A stretch of DNA of 59,981 bases, counting the filler. It is 8 parts of 8 records of this genome, joined end to end, with 100 filler letters (N's around TTAATTAATTAA, not from the genome) between each part and the next. Parts side by side here need not be neighbours in the genome. Positions count along the whole stretch, not along the records: positions 11,990 to 23,509 come from SRR31156797_6851; positions 23,610 to 30,947 come from SRR31156797_6856; 6 more parts are not named here. One strand, given 5' to 3'. The position numbers were made by a program, and so were the translations under genes. The notes beneath the pieces are model-generated. The model did no database searches. It saw nothing but the letters and a program-made list of their open reading frames with translations, and was not told where the DNA came from. Shown in pieces: positions 16,479-26,290 of the stretch. Position 1 is the first letter of the stretch. Each line of letters begins with the position of its first letter.

Positions 16479-18830
16479 ATGAAAGTACTGAAAGTTTTAC
16501 TGATAATATTCCTTTTGTGCACGTTGGCTGGAGTCGGTGGTGCTGTGTGGGTGTATAACTGGGCGGCCAGCGATCTGCCGGGTTTTAAGAATATTACGGA
16601 TTACAATCCTCCCTTGGTGACCACTGTGTACGCTCAGGACAATGAGGTCCTCGGGTATTTCTATAAGGAAAAACGATTTCTTGTCACTCTTGATCAGATG
16701 AGTCCATGGATCCCCAAGGCTTTTCTTGCTTCGGAGGATGCGAGTTTTTATGAGCATGATGGTGTTGATTTAACCGCTATTGCTCGTGCTTTTATGGCGA
16801 ATCTCAGGGCTGGACATACTCGTCAGGGTGGCTCCACTATTACGCAGCAGATTATTAAACGGTTGTTGCTGACTTCGGAGAAGAGCTACAAGCGTAAGCT
16901 TAAGGAAGCGATTCTTGCCTTCCGGTTGGAGAACTATCTGACCAAGGAAGAGATTCTGACTATCTATCTTAATCATATTTTTCTTGGCGCTCACTCCTAT
17001 GGAGTTGAAGCTGCTTCCAGAACGTATTTTGCAAAACACTCCAATGAATTGTCTATTGCTCAGGCGGCCATGTTGGCTGGCCTGCCTCAGGCACCGACCC
17101 GGTATAATCCGTATAGAAATATGCGGCACGCCCGGAAGCGTCAGGAATACGTGCTTGGACAAATGCGTCACCTCGGTTGGATTACTCCTGAACAGTATCA
17201 GGAAGCCATGGATGAAGAGATTGAACTTAAATCCATGCCAGACCCATCGTGGAAGACCGGAGCTTATTATCTCGAAGAAGTACGGCGTTGGCTGATTTCC
17301 GAATACGGTGAGGATGCGACCTATAACGGTGGCCTGACTGTGACAACGCCGTGCAGCATGAAGCATCAACGGGCTGCGGAAAAAGCGGTCAAGCGTGGAC
17401 TGCTCAATTCAGCCAAACGACGTGGTTGGACCGGACCCATCGGGAATTTTACGCCTGCAGACATGCCTGGCATTCTAGAAGAGGGGCCGCAGGACACCGA
17501 AGAGATCATGGACAAGACCCGGCTGATGAAGGCTTTTGTCACTAAGGTTGTTGCCGATAAGGTTTTGGTGAGTTTTGGTGTCTTCAAGGGCGAAATCCCG
17601 ATCAAGGCCCTGTGGTGGGTGCGCGAACCGAACATCAAAAAATCTCACGAAGATGTTCCCAATCCGAAAGATGCCCGCAAGATTCTCAAGAAAGGCGATG
17701 TCGTTTGGGTGACTGTTGCCAAGGCTCCCAAGGAAGAGGGTGGCACCTGGATTCTCGATCTTGAGCGCGAACCGAAGGTTGAAGGAGCTATGGTGTCCAT
17801 TCAGCCTGATACCGGTGAAGTCGTGGCTCTTGTTGGTGGATATGCTTTTGAGAAAAGTCAGTTCAATCGTGCCACGCAGGCCAAGCGTCAGCCGGGTTCC
17901 GCGTTCAAGCCTATTGTGTATTCTACGGCCATTGATAACGGTTTCACACCGTCTACATTGGTTCTTGATGCTCCGATAGTTTACGCCAATGACGAAGAAG
18001 GCAAGCTGTGGCGTCCCCAGAACTTTGAAGGCACCTTTGATGGTCCGGTTTTGTTGAGGACGGCTCTGGTTAAGTCCAAGAACCTGTGCACTATTCGTGT
18101 GGCTCAGAAAATCGGTATTCGTAAGATTATCGAACGGGCAAAAGCTATGGGACTTAAGACGGAATTCCCGCATGATCTGTCAGTCTCCCTTGGTTCAGCT
18201 GTAGTGTCACTGATGAATTTGTGCGAAGCATATACAGCATTTCCTCGTGGTGGTTCCTACGTTAAACCGCGCACTGTTTTGTCTGTGAAATCCGCATGGG
18301 GTGAAGATCTGTTTACGTCGGCTCCTGAAGTCTCTGATGCTATCAGCCCGCAAACCGCTTTTATCATGTCCACATTGATGAAGCAGGTCGTTCAGAACGG
18401 GACTGGTTGGCGTGCTCGGGTGCTTAAGCGGCCAGTGGCAGGCAAAACCGGAACCTCCAATAACGAGCAGGATGCTTGGTACATGGGATTTTCTCCGTAC
18501 TTGCTGACTGGTGTGTATGTTGGGTTTGACGAATTGACACCTATGGGCAAGTGGGAAACAGGTTCACGTGCGGCAAGTCCTATCTGGGTGAGCTATCGTA
18601 AGGCCGTTGAAAAAGATTATCCGTATGAGGACTTCACCGAGCCGCCGGGAATTGTTATGGTCCGAGTAGATGGCACGACGGGCAAGCTTGCATCGCCGTC
18701 TTCGACTAAGGAGTTTTTCCTGCCGTTCAAGGTTGGGTCGGAGCCTACAGAAATGTCTCGATCCGGTGGGAGTGGGAGTAACAGTGGTAGTCCTGTCTCC
18801 GATGATGATCTGTTCAAGCAGACCTTCTAG
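16479..18830 (+). CDS. mrcA: Penicillin-binding protein 1A
   Basis: N-terminal TM, transglycosylase motifs (EDASFYEH, GGSTITQQ, RKLKE) and transpeptidase motifs (SAFK, SKN, KTG). Confidence 0.95.
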   Translation: MKVLKVLLIIFLLCTLAGVGGAVWVYNWAASDLPGFKNITDYNPPLVTTVYAQDNEVLGYFYKEKRFLVTLDQMSPWIPKAFLASEDASFYEHDGVDLTAIARAFMANLRAGHTRQGGSTITQQIIKRLLLTSEKSYKRKLKEAILAFRLENYLTKEEILTIYLNHIFLGAHSYGVEAASRTYFAKHSNELSIAQAAMLAGLPQAPTRYNPYRNMRHARKRQEYVLGQMRHLGWITPEQYQEAMDEEIELKSMPDPSWKTGAYYLEEVRRWLISEYGEDATYNGGLTVTTPCSMKHQRAAEKAVKRGLLNSAKRRGWTGPIGNFTPADMPGILEEGPQDTEEIMDKTRLMKAFVTKVVADKVLVSFGVFKGEIPIKALWWVREPNIKKSHEDVPNPKDARKILKKGDVVWVTVAKAPKEEGGTWILDLEREPKVEGAMVSIQPDTGEVVALVGGYAFEKSQFNRATQAKRQPGSAFKPIVYSTAIDNGFTPSTLVLDAPIVYANDEEGKLWRPQNFEGTFDGPVLLRTALVKSKNLCTIRVAQKIGIRKIIERAKAMGLKTEFPHDLSVSLGSAVVSLMNLCEAYTAFPRGGSYVKPRTVLSVKSAWGEDLFTSAPEVSDAISPQTAFIMSTLMKQVVQNGTGWRARVLKRPVAGKTGTSNNEQDAWYMGFSPYLLTGVYVGFDELTPMGKWETGSRAASPIWVSYRKAVEKDYPYEDFTEPPGIVMVRVDGTTGKLASPSSTKEFFLPFKVGSEPTEMSRSGGSGSNSGSPVSDDDLFKQTF

Positions 18831-18844
18831 CATAGGGGGAACCC

Positions 18845-19627
18845 ATGGATCTCGAACTCTATCAGGTAGACGCATTCGCTGATACGGTGTTCAGTGGCAA
18901 TCCGGCGGCGGTCATTCCTTTATATGAATGGCTTTCCGACGAGTTGATGCAGAATATCGCCATGGAAAACAATCTGTCTGAGACAGCGTTTTTCGTGCGT
19001 AAAGGTGAGTATTTCGAGTTACGATGGTTTACTCCTGAAAGTGAAGTTGATCTGTGCGGCCATGCCACATTGGCAAGCGCGCATGTCCTTTACGAGCATC
19101 TTGATTATAATGATCCTGTCGTGGTTTTTGAGACAAAGAGCGGACGATTGTTTGTGGACCGTGAAAGCGGTTTTTATTCCATGGACTTCCCTGCCTGGCC
19201 TTTTCATGAAATTCAGGTAACCGAACGTGTGGCTGCAGCTCTTGGAGCGCGTCCTGAGAAACTCTACATGGGACATCGTGACATGATGGCCGTGTTTGAA
19301 AATGAAGCACAGGTCCGTGAATTGAAGCCAGATTTTAGATTGGTAGCCAAGGTGGATGGGCTTTGTATTATCTGCACGGCTCCCGGTTTGGACTATGACT
19401 TCGTATCCCGTTTTTTCACACCAGATGTGAGTATCCCTGAGGACCCTGTTACCGGCTCTGCGCACTGCATGTTGGTGCCATATTGGGCAAAACGTTTGGG
19501 TAAATCTCAACTTACCGCATTTCAAGCGTCGGCTCGCGGCGGTGTGTTGAAGTGTGAAAATATGGGTGACCGTGTGAAGATCGCAGGCGAAGCCGTGACG
19601 TATATGAAGGGAATGATTGTTTTATAA
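18845..19627 (+). CDS. PhzF-family isomerase
   Basis: QVDAF, GNPAAV, SETAF, LCGHATLA and EDPVTGSAH. Confidence 0.95.
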   Translation: MDLELYQVDAFADTVFSGNPAAVIPLYEWLSDELMQNIAMENNLSETAFFVRKGEYFELRWFTPESEVDLCGHATLASAHVLYEHLDYNDPVVVFETKSGRLFVDRESGFYSMDFPAWPFHEIQVTERVAAALGARPEKLYMGHRDMMAVFENEAQVRELKPDFRLVAKVDGLCIICTAPGLDYDFVSRFFTPDVSIPEDPVTGSAHCMLVPYWAKRLGKSQLTAFQASARGGVLKCENMGDRVKIAGEAVTYMKGMIVL

Positions 19628-19644
19628 AATAGTTTGAACGTCAT

Positions 19645-19685
19645 AAAAAAAGCCTCCATACCGATTTCGGTATGGAGGCTTTTTG
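19645..19685. terminator. Bidirectional rho-independent terminator
   Basis: A-run, AGCCTCCATACCGA/TCGGTATGGAGGCT hairpin and T-run, between convergent genes. Confidence 0.9.
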
Positions 19686-19695
19686 CATTTAGAAA

Positions 19696-21684
19696 CTACA
19701 GTAATTTGAGTCGCAGGTTGAATTCACTGGTCCGTTTGGGGCGCGGGACATCTTTGGGCCATTCTTCCTTGATGGTGACGAAAGATTTGAATCCGAGGCG
19801 TTCCAGCTTGCGGAATTCTTTCGTCATGTCCAATTCCCAACCGGGGTAAATCCAATTATTCTGTCCGTGTTTACGTACGAAGGAGACTTCGTGCATGGGG
19901 CTTTTGATAGTCTCGTTCATCTTGACGGATTCTGTTTCAAAGCGGGCAAGCCCAAAGGGCCACAATCCTTTGATGACGAACCCGAGCGGCAAAGGCGAAT
20001 TCTGCGATAAGGTTTCAATGTCCTCGAATGGCAGTTCTGGGCTAATAATGGCTGCAGAAAAACCGATATCTTTAAGTACACCGAGAGCCAGTCTATTGGA
20101 TATGTTGCAAAATGGGCCTGCTATCAATTTGGCGTTTTTTCGGTCTTCAAAATATCCGGCCTGCCAGGGAGCGTTCAACACGAATTCCCGTGCGCCTTTT
20201 TTGACTGCTTCTTTGATCAAGGAGCGGTATTTTTTGTCTTCGTCTGGCCAGATGACAGGTGGCAGCCACCATTGTGCCCGAATCACTGATGATTGTGGTA
20301 CTTTGCTGACAGTGGATTTTTCCAACCAAAAAGCGGTCTTGTCATAAATACGGCCGCGAGGCGGTTGACGGAACAGGTTGATGGACTCAGCCCGGTTCCG
20401 AGTCTTGCCACGAGCTGCGGCTTTGGGCCACGTAGGAGTGAAACGGGATTCCTTGGACTCAGGGGCCGGGAACATGTCGAGTTCGTTAGTCAGCCCTTTA
20501 ATGAGTTTTGTCAGTTCCGGTTCACGTCGGTCAACGAGAAAGACCTTGGTGCCAGTTGGCAATGCGGGGCCTTTATGTTGTTTGGAAAAGGGAATATCCA
20601 TGCGGCCGCGTTTTGGCACACGGCGACGAATGGGGATGGTTCGATGACCGGGCTGGTCTTCATAACCGATTCGAATAAGGTCGCCGGGATTGAGTACTTC
20701 ACGGGGTTGGAAAAAAGGTTTCTTCTGGTCGCGTTTGATTTCACCGATGAGTCTGCCGGAACTGGTCTGTTCTTTGGGTTGCACAGGTTGAAAGGGACGT
20801 TGCGGCAAGAAAGTGGAGTGACTTGTTGGTCGCCCAAGCGCTTGATCAAGGAGGTCTTGAGCCGCCTTTTTAATCTTTGCGTCGTTAGGATTGTCGCGAA
20901 GCATTTGGTATGCCTTGACCGTATAAAAGACGTAGTGGGGACCTTTCTTGCGTCCTTCAATTTTCCATGCTGCGACTTTGGGCATGGAGAGCAAGGGCTT
21001 GGTCAACACATCCAGTGAAAGATCGGAACAGGAGAACAGGCGTTCCGGCTGCTGTTTACCCTGAGTGTAGAGTCGGCGACAGGGTTGGACACAACGGCCG
21101 CGCAGACCTGATTTTCCACCCAGATAACTGGACCAGTAACATCGACCCGACACGCAGTGGCAGAGCGCCCCGTGAACGAAAATTTCCAGATCGAGATCTT
21201 TCGGGCATGCTTCGGCCATGAGTTTGACTTCGTCGAGATTGAGTTCGCGAGGTATGACTACTCGGGATGCTCCGAGTTTTTTGGCGGTGGCGAGTCCGGT
21301 CGGATGACTGATGTTTGCCAAAGTGGAAAGATGCAGTTCCCCGGTGAATCCGGCCTGTTTTGCCAGAGTCAGCATGGCCAGATCCTGAACAATGAGCGCA
21401 TAGGGCTTGACGGTTCGTTGCAAACGTTCGATAAGCCGCCCTGCGGATTCGGGGTCGCCGGGTTTAACCAGCGTGTTCATGGCTACATAGGTCTTGGTGC
21501 CCCTGTCTCTACCGAGGCTTGCCAGTTGTGCAAGCTCACTGATAGAGAAGTTCTTGGCCTGCATGCGGGCCGAAAAGTGTTTCAGACCTACGTAGATAGC
21601 GTCCGCTCCGGCGGCGACGCCAGCAAGGTAGGAGTATTTGTCCCCTGCGGGGGCCATAATTTCAGGTAAATGTTTTTTACTCAT
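19696..21684 (-). CDS. Peptidase U32-family protein (RlhA/TrhP-like Fe-S RNA hydroxylase)
   Basis: PEIMAPAG, GADAIYVG, HGALC-x6-C...C-x3-CR and KIEGR. Confidence 0.9.
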   Translation of the reverse strand: MSKKHLPEIMAPAGDKYSYLAGVAAGADAIYVGLKHFSARMQAKNFSISELAQLASLGRDRGTKTYVAMNTLVKPGDPESAGRLIERLQRTVKPYALIVQDLAMLTLAKQAGFTGELHLSTLANISHPTGLATAKKLGASRVVIPRELNLDEVKLMAEACPKDLDLEIFVHGALCHCVSGRCYWSSYLGGKSGLRGRCVQPCRRLYTQGKQQPERLFSCSDLSLDVLTKPLLSMPKVAAWKIEGRKKGPHYVFYTVKAYQMLRDNPNDAKIKKAAQDLLDQALGRPTSHSTFLPQRPFQPVQPKEQTSSGRLIGEIKRDQKKPFFQPREVLNPGDLIRIGYEDQPGHRTIPIRRRVPKRGRMDIPFSKQHKGPALPTGTKVFLVDRREPELTKLIKGLTNELDMFPAPESKESRFTPTWPKAAARGKTRNRAESINLFRQPPRGRIYDKTAFWLEKSTVSKVPQSSVIRAQWWLPPVIWPDEDKKYRSLIKEAVKKGAREFVLNAPWQAGYFEDRKNAKLIAGPFCNISNRLALGVLKDIGFSAAIISPELPFEDIETLSQNSPLPLGFVIKGLWPFGLARFETESVKMNETIKSPMHEVSFVRKHGQNNWIYPGWELDMTKEFRKLERLGFKSFVTIKEEWPKDVPRPKRTSEFNLRLKLL

Positions 21685-21695
21685 AAGGTATCTCT

Positions 21696-22481
21696 ATGTC
21701 ATTGAGGAATTGCCGCAATGTGAAGGTATTGGAAGTTTCCCCGGTCGGTCAATCAAAAGCTGCGGGTGAATTCTTCGAGTTGAAGCTTGAATATCCGGAT
21801 TGGGACGGGTGGAAGCCCGGCCAGTTCGTTATGATTCGTCCGGTGGACTGGGAATTGGATTTGCTTTGGGGCAGACCTTTTTCCATTTGTTCCGCAGATG
21901 GTGAATCCGTGACCCTGTTCATTCAGAACGTGGGGCGCGGCACCAGTCGCATCGCCCAACTTCAGCCCGGCGACACGGTCGCCATGTGGGGGCCGCTTGG
22001 CAATTCCTTTGCCATGGAGCCGGAAACACCGACTTTGCTCCTTGCCGGGGGCATCGGCATCGCACCTTTTCGCGGTTATGTCGAGTCTCATCCGCATCCA
22101 GAAAATTTGCAACTTTTTCTGGCACACCGGATGCCTCTCGAGTGTTACCCCTTTGAAACGCTGTCAGACAAGGTGGAAGGGCAATGTATCATTGAAGAAA
22201 AGCCCGAGGATCTGGACGCTATTATCAATACGATGAAGGGTTTGATTCAGGAATACGCCAAGAAAGACGGTTTGATCCTTTCGTGTGGGCCGACCCCATT
22301 TATGAAAACCGTCCAGCGGTTTGCGAATGAATTTGGCGCACGCGCGCAAGTCTCTTTGGAAAATCGTATGGCATGCGGCGTTGGAGCCTGTCTTGGTTGC
22401 GTTACCAAGGATGGCGAAGGGCATCATGTGCAAGTTTGCACCAAGGGTCCCGTGTTCTGGGCCGACAAAGTGGAACTCTAG
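21696..22481 (+). CDS. pyrK: Dihydroorotate dehydrogenase electron-transfer subunit
   Basis: PGQFVM, RPFS, GPLGN, GGIGIAP and the 2Fe-2S motif MACGVGACLGC...C. Confidence 0.93.
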   Translation: MSLRNCRNVKVLEVSPVGQSKAAGEFFELKLEYPDWDGWKPGQFVMIRPVDWELDLLWGRPFSICSADGESVTLFIQNVGRGTSRIAQLQPGDTVAMWGPLGNSFAMEPETPTLLLAGGIGIAPFRGYVESHPHPENLQLFLAHRMPLECYPFETLSDKVEGQCIIEEKPEDLDAIINTMKGLIQEYAKKDGLILSCGPTPFMKTVQRFANEFGARAQVSLENRMACGVGACLGCVTKDGEGHHVQVCTKGPVFWADKVEL

Positions 22482-22493
22482 GGAGCTGGCTCT

Positions 22494-23411
22494 ATGGATA
22501 TGAACGTTTCTTTCGGCGGGCTTGAACTCAAGAACCCTGTCATGACCGCTTCCGGCACTTTTGGGTTTGGATTGGAATTTGCGCCCTATGGCGATTTGGA
22601 GAAGCTCGGGGGCATCGTCGCCAAGGGGTTGTCGCTTAAACCGCGTGAGGGCAATCCTATGCCCCGTATAGCAGAGACTCCGTGTGGTATGCTCAACGCC
22701 ATTGGTATTCAGAATCCCGGAGTTGAGGACTTTGTTACCCGGGCACTTCCCGCATTGGCAGGAAAAGACGTGGCCGTGGTTGCCAATCTTTATGCATGTG
22801 ATGCCGAAGAGTTTGGCGAACTGGCAGGAGTTCTTGCGGGTGAAGACAGTGTGGCTGCTTTGGAAGTCAATGTCTCCTGTCCCAACGTGAAGGAAGGCGG
22901 TATTGCTTTCGGTCAGGACCCGGCCCAGATCGGCAGGGTGACAGAAGCGGTGAAGAAGCAGGCAGGCAATAAGCATGTCATGGTTAAACTTTCGCCAAAC
23001 GTGACGGATATTGCTGTATGTGCACGTGCGGCCGCCGAAGGCGGTGCAGACTCGTTGTCGTTGATTAATACGCTTTCAGGCATGGCTGTGGACATCAGGA
23101 ATCGTAAACCGCGCATAGCGAATGTCATCGCCGGTCTTTCTGGTCCTGCCATCAAACCTGTGGCATTGCGTTGTGTCCATCAGGTGGTTCAAGCTGTGGA
23201 TATTCCGGTAGTTGGTATCGGCGGCATTGCTTCCGCAGAAGATGCGTTGGAATTCATTCTTGTTGGTGCTCATGCCGTACAGGTGGGGACGGCAAATTTC
23301 CTTCGTCCGGATTTTGCTTTTACTCTTGCCGACGAGATGGAATCGCTTTTGGAAGAGTTGGGAGCAGCGAGCTTGGATGAATTTCGGGGCAGTCTGCAAC
23401 TCCCTTTGTAA
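22494..23411 (+). CDS. pyrD: Dihydroorotate dehydrogenase (family 1B) catalytic subunit
   Basis: ASGTFG, NAIGIQNPG, NVSCPN, KLSPN and GLSGPAIKP. Confidence 0.96.
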   Translation: MDMNVSFGGLELKNPVMTASGTFGFGLEFAPYGDLEKLGGIVAKGLSLKPREGNPMPRIAETPCGMLNAIGIQNPGVEDFVTRALPALAGKDVAVVANLYACDAEEFGELAGVLAGEDSVAALEVNVSCPNVKEGGIAFGQDPAQIGRVTEAVKKQAGNKHVMVKLSPNVTDIAVCARAAAEGGADSLSLINTLSGMAVDIRNRKPRIANVIAGLSGPAIKPVALRCVHQVVQAVDIPVVGIGGIASAEDALEFILVGAHAVQVGTANFLRPDFAFTLADEMESLLEELGAASLDEFRGSLQLPL

Positions 23412-23481
23412 AAAAGTAAAATTAGACCGTTTTTTTGCTTGCCAAGGCACATCATATTGGTTAGTTACTGCCTCTCAGCGC

Positions 23482-23509
23482 GGAGAGGTGTCCGAGTCCG
23501 GCTTAAGGA
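23482..23509 (+). tRNA. 5' fragment of a tRNA, most like tRNA-Ser (cut by contig end)
   Basis: GGAGAGGTGTCCGAGTCCGGCTTAAGGA fits the acceptor stem and D-arm of serine tRNAs. The anticodon is not present. Confidence 0.75.
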
Positions 23510-23609
23510 NNNNNNNNNNNNNNNNNNNNNNNNNNNNNNNNNNNNNNNNNNNNTTAATTAATTAANNNNNNNNNNNNNNNNNNNNNNNNNNNNNNNNNNN
23601 NNNNNNNNN
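23510..23609. other. Artificial contig linker
   Basis: N44-TTAATTAATTAA-N44. Confidence 0.99.
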
Positions 23610-23622
23610 CAAGAAATAGATA

Positions 23623-23824
23623 CGCAGAGTACGCTAAGTATAAGTGTTATTAAATCGCTTAGCGTTCTTAGCGCAATGCTTAGCGTTCTTAGCGAGAAAC
23701 CATGTATTGTTTAAATAGATTGAAGTAAGATATGCAGCATTTCACGTAAAGTATGCCAATAAAGGAATTCGCAGAGTACGCAAAGTTTTAAGTGTTATTA
23801 AATGGCTTAGCGTACACTGCGAGA
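23623..23824. repeat. REP-like palindromic repeat cluster
   Basis: Two copies of CGCAGAGTACGCWAAGTWTAAGTGTTATTAAATSGCTTAGCGT at about 23623 and 23770, each able to fold into a hairpin, plus tandem CTTAGCGTTCTTAGCG units. Confidence 0.75.
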
Positions 23825-23831
23825 TATTGTT

Positions 23832-26192
23832 TTATAGTTTTACAACTGTTTTTTTTCCTGTATAACGAACTGTTTTGCTTGTATTATTATCCAGTATTAT
23901 GGTAAAAGTACGATCCGTTAACATACCATTATAATTTCCTTTTCGAGTGCCGATGGTTAATTTTCGAGAGGCGTTGTTCCATGTAAATGGTATTTCGGTA
24001 TATGCGCCATCCTCATAGTTGTAGTTGTCAAATTCATCTTCGTATAAAGTAAAAGTTCCATTTGCCCCGGAGTATACTTTTAGCTCCAGGTTATCCCAGG
24101 CTTTTTCAGTCGCAAATTGTACTTTAGGTCCAATAGGTAAAATTGAACCGGCTTTTATGTAGAGTGGTATAATATCTAAAGGTGTTTTTTTGTGAATTGT
24201 TTGTCCTCCATTATGTTTTTCTCCAGTCCAAAAGTCTATCCAATCTGTTCCTTTGGGTAAGTACAGCTCTTTGGAATGTATTGCGCTATAGTCCGTTTTT
24301 CCATCTTTATTATACATGCTATAGGTAACAGGACATACCAATATCGATTTGCCAAACATAAACTCATCATTGATTTGAACGGCCACTGTATCTTCTGCAA
24401 AATCCATCATTAATGCCCGCATCATACTCGATTGTTTTTGGCTAACATCCCATGAGCTTGAGTAAATATAAGGAAGCAGGCTATAGCGAAGATGAATGTA
24501 TTTTTCAATGGCATCGTAAACTGGTTCTCCCTTTTTGCCAAATTGATATATTTCGCGAGGATAGCCTTCTCCATGTGAGCGCATCATAGGGCAAAAAGTA
24601 CCAAATTGCATCCAGCGTACATGTAGTTCTCTATAATCGGGGTTATGCAACGGGTTTTTAAAGTTCCACAAAAAGAAACCGCCTATATCAGTGTTCCAAT
24701 GAGGAATTCCGCAAAGAGAAAAATTTAAACCGGCAGAAATCTGGTTTTTAAGTGCTTTCCAAGAAGCAACCACATCTCCTGACCAGGTGTTGGCACCATA
24801 ACGTTGCTGTCCGGCAAAGGCAGAGCGAGTTAAAATAAACACCCTTTTATCAGAACTGACAGCGCGCTGATGATCATATACTCCGCCAACAGACATCAAA
24901 GGATAAGCATTACGTACTTTACGGAATGAACCTAAGTGTGTTTGCGTATCTAAATCTTCCGGTTTTTTATCCAAATGATCAGGTTCTGTAGAGTCCATCC
25001 ACCAGCCATCCATGCCGAGTTTAAATATTCCGTTATTCAGATACTTCCAATAAATATCGCGGGCTTTAGGATTGTAAGCATCATATACACGAACTCCGGA
25101 AGGATAATCCATATTAGGAGGCCATTTTTGAATAGCAGATTGCGGCCAGGTGTTAAAACTAAAAAGCGCATCAATTTCTTTTAATTCCTTAAACTGTTTT
25201 GTGTGAGGACCAAAAGATGACCAAATGGAAATAATCATATGGGCATTCATATTATGAACATCATCAACCATTTTCTGAGGATTATGGAATCCGGGATTAA
25301 GAAACTCCATGGCATTCCACAGGTAATTGTTACCCCAGTATTGCCAATCCTGAATTATACCATCCAGAGGTACATTTAACTCTCTGAATTTTTTTACTAC
25401 CTCTGTTAATTCATTTTGGCTTTTGTATCTCTCTCTGCTTTGCCAAAAACCATAGGTCCATAAAGGAAACATGGGAGCCTCGCCAGTTAAATTTCGCATG
25501 CAGGAAATTACGCCATCTGCATTTTTACCGTACATAAAGTAGTAATCGATACAATCAGCCACTTCCGACTCAAAAAAAGTTTCCTTTTCACTATCGGCAA
25601 AAGTGGTGGGAGAATAGTTATCCCAAAACAGTCCATACCCTTTTATAGATTGGAAGAAAGGAATGTAATCATCGGTATTTCCCTGCACCATTTTTATGTT
25701 GAGGTTTCGTTGCACCATTTTGCCTTCTTGCTGTTGTCCCAATCCGTATATAGCTTCTTTAGGTTCTAATACAAAAGACTGTTTTGCACTATAGGTTTTA
25801 ACACCTGCATCATCAAAATGGGTAAAACTATTTTCATTTTCATTTAACAAATATTGACCGTTCAGGTCTGAAAAGGATATATTACCGTTTTCCAGGTTAA
25901 CAGCTACTTGAAGTTGTTTACTTTTTATAATAGTCTGGTTTTCATTTTCACTAATAGATAGTTTAACAGATTCCGGTTCTTTTATTACAGAAAGGCTTTT
26001 TTTAGAATAGGAATGATCCTGCGGTGATTTAATAATTCTAACAATGGCTGGGCTGTAAAACTGGATTTCTACATCTATGGAATTAATATTTGCTTTAATT
26101 CCTGTATTTGTTTTTTGATACTTTTGAGCCATTCCTGTTGCACTCAATAATAACAACAAGACTGCAAATTTACCAACTAAACTTTTTTTCAT
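23832..26192 (-). CDS. Glycoside hydrolase family 31 (alpha-xylosidase-like), secreted
   Basis: Signal peptide, IIQDWQYW, nucleophile motif WWMDSTEP, WSGD, DIGGF and a C-terminal LYEDE domain. Confidence 0.93.
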   Translation of the reverse strand: MKKSLVGKFAVLLLLLSATGMAQKYQKTNTGIKANINSIDVEIQFYSPAIVRIIKSPQDHSYSKKSLSVIKEPESVKLSISENENQTIIKSKQLQVAVNLENGNISFSDLNGQYLLNENENSFTHFDDAGVKTYSAKQSFVLEPKEAIYGLGQQQEGKMVQRNLNIKMVQGNTDDYIPFFQSIKGYGLFWDNYSPTTFADSEKETFFESEVADCIDYYFMYGKNADGVISCMRNLTGEAPMFPLWTYGFWQSRERYKSQNELTEVVKKFRELNVPLDGIIQDWQYWGNNYLWNAMEFLNPGFHNPQKMVDDVHNMNAHMIISIWSSFGPHTKQFKELKEIDALFSFNTWPQSAIQKWPPNMDYPSGVRVYDAYNPKARDIYWKYLNNGIFKLGMDGWWMDSTEPDHLDKKPEDLDTQTHLGSFRKVRNAYPLMSVGGVYDHQRAVSSDKRVFILTRSAFAGQQRYGANTWSGDVVASWKALKNQISAGLNFSLCGIPHWNTDIGGFFLWNFKNPLHNPDYRELHVRWMQFGTFCPMMRSHGEGYPREIYQFGKKGEPVYDAIEKYIHLRYSLLPYIYSSSWDVSQKQSSMMRALMMDFAEDTVAVQINDEFMFGKSILVCPVTYSMYNKDGKTDYSAIHSKELYLPKGTDWIDFWTGEKHNGGQTIHKKTPLDIIPLYIKAGSILPIGPKVQFATEKAWDNLELKVYSGANGTFTLYEDEFDNYNYEDGAYTEIPFTWNNASRKLTIGTRKGNYNGMLTDRTFTIILDNNTSKTVRYTGKKTVVKL

Positions 26193-26233
26193 GATTGATC
26201 TTTTTGATTAGTTTTTAATAGTTTAACTACTTG

Positions 26234-26241
26234 CAAAAGTA
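26234..26241 (-). promoter_or_regulatory. Bacteroidota sigma-A -7 element upstream of GH31
   Basis: TACTTTTG on the minus strand matches TAnnTTTG, about 40 nt upstream of the start. Confidence 0.55.
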
Positions 26242-26290
26242 TCTCAAGCTACTCAGTAAAGGATAATAAGCATGTTGAATCGATTAGTAC

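Noticed and set aside
16770-23155. Antisense or alternate ORFs of 150-270 aa over PBP1A, U32 and pyrK/pyrD
   Set aside because: They overlap well-supported genes and are expected by chance in GC-rich coding DNA.
23623-23824. CRISPR array
   Set aside because: There are only two degenerate long units plus short tandem sub-repeats, with no regular repeat-spacer period and no cas genes.
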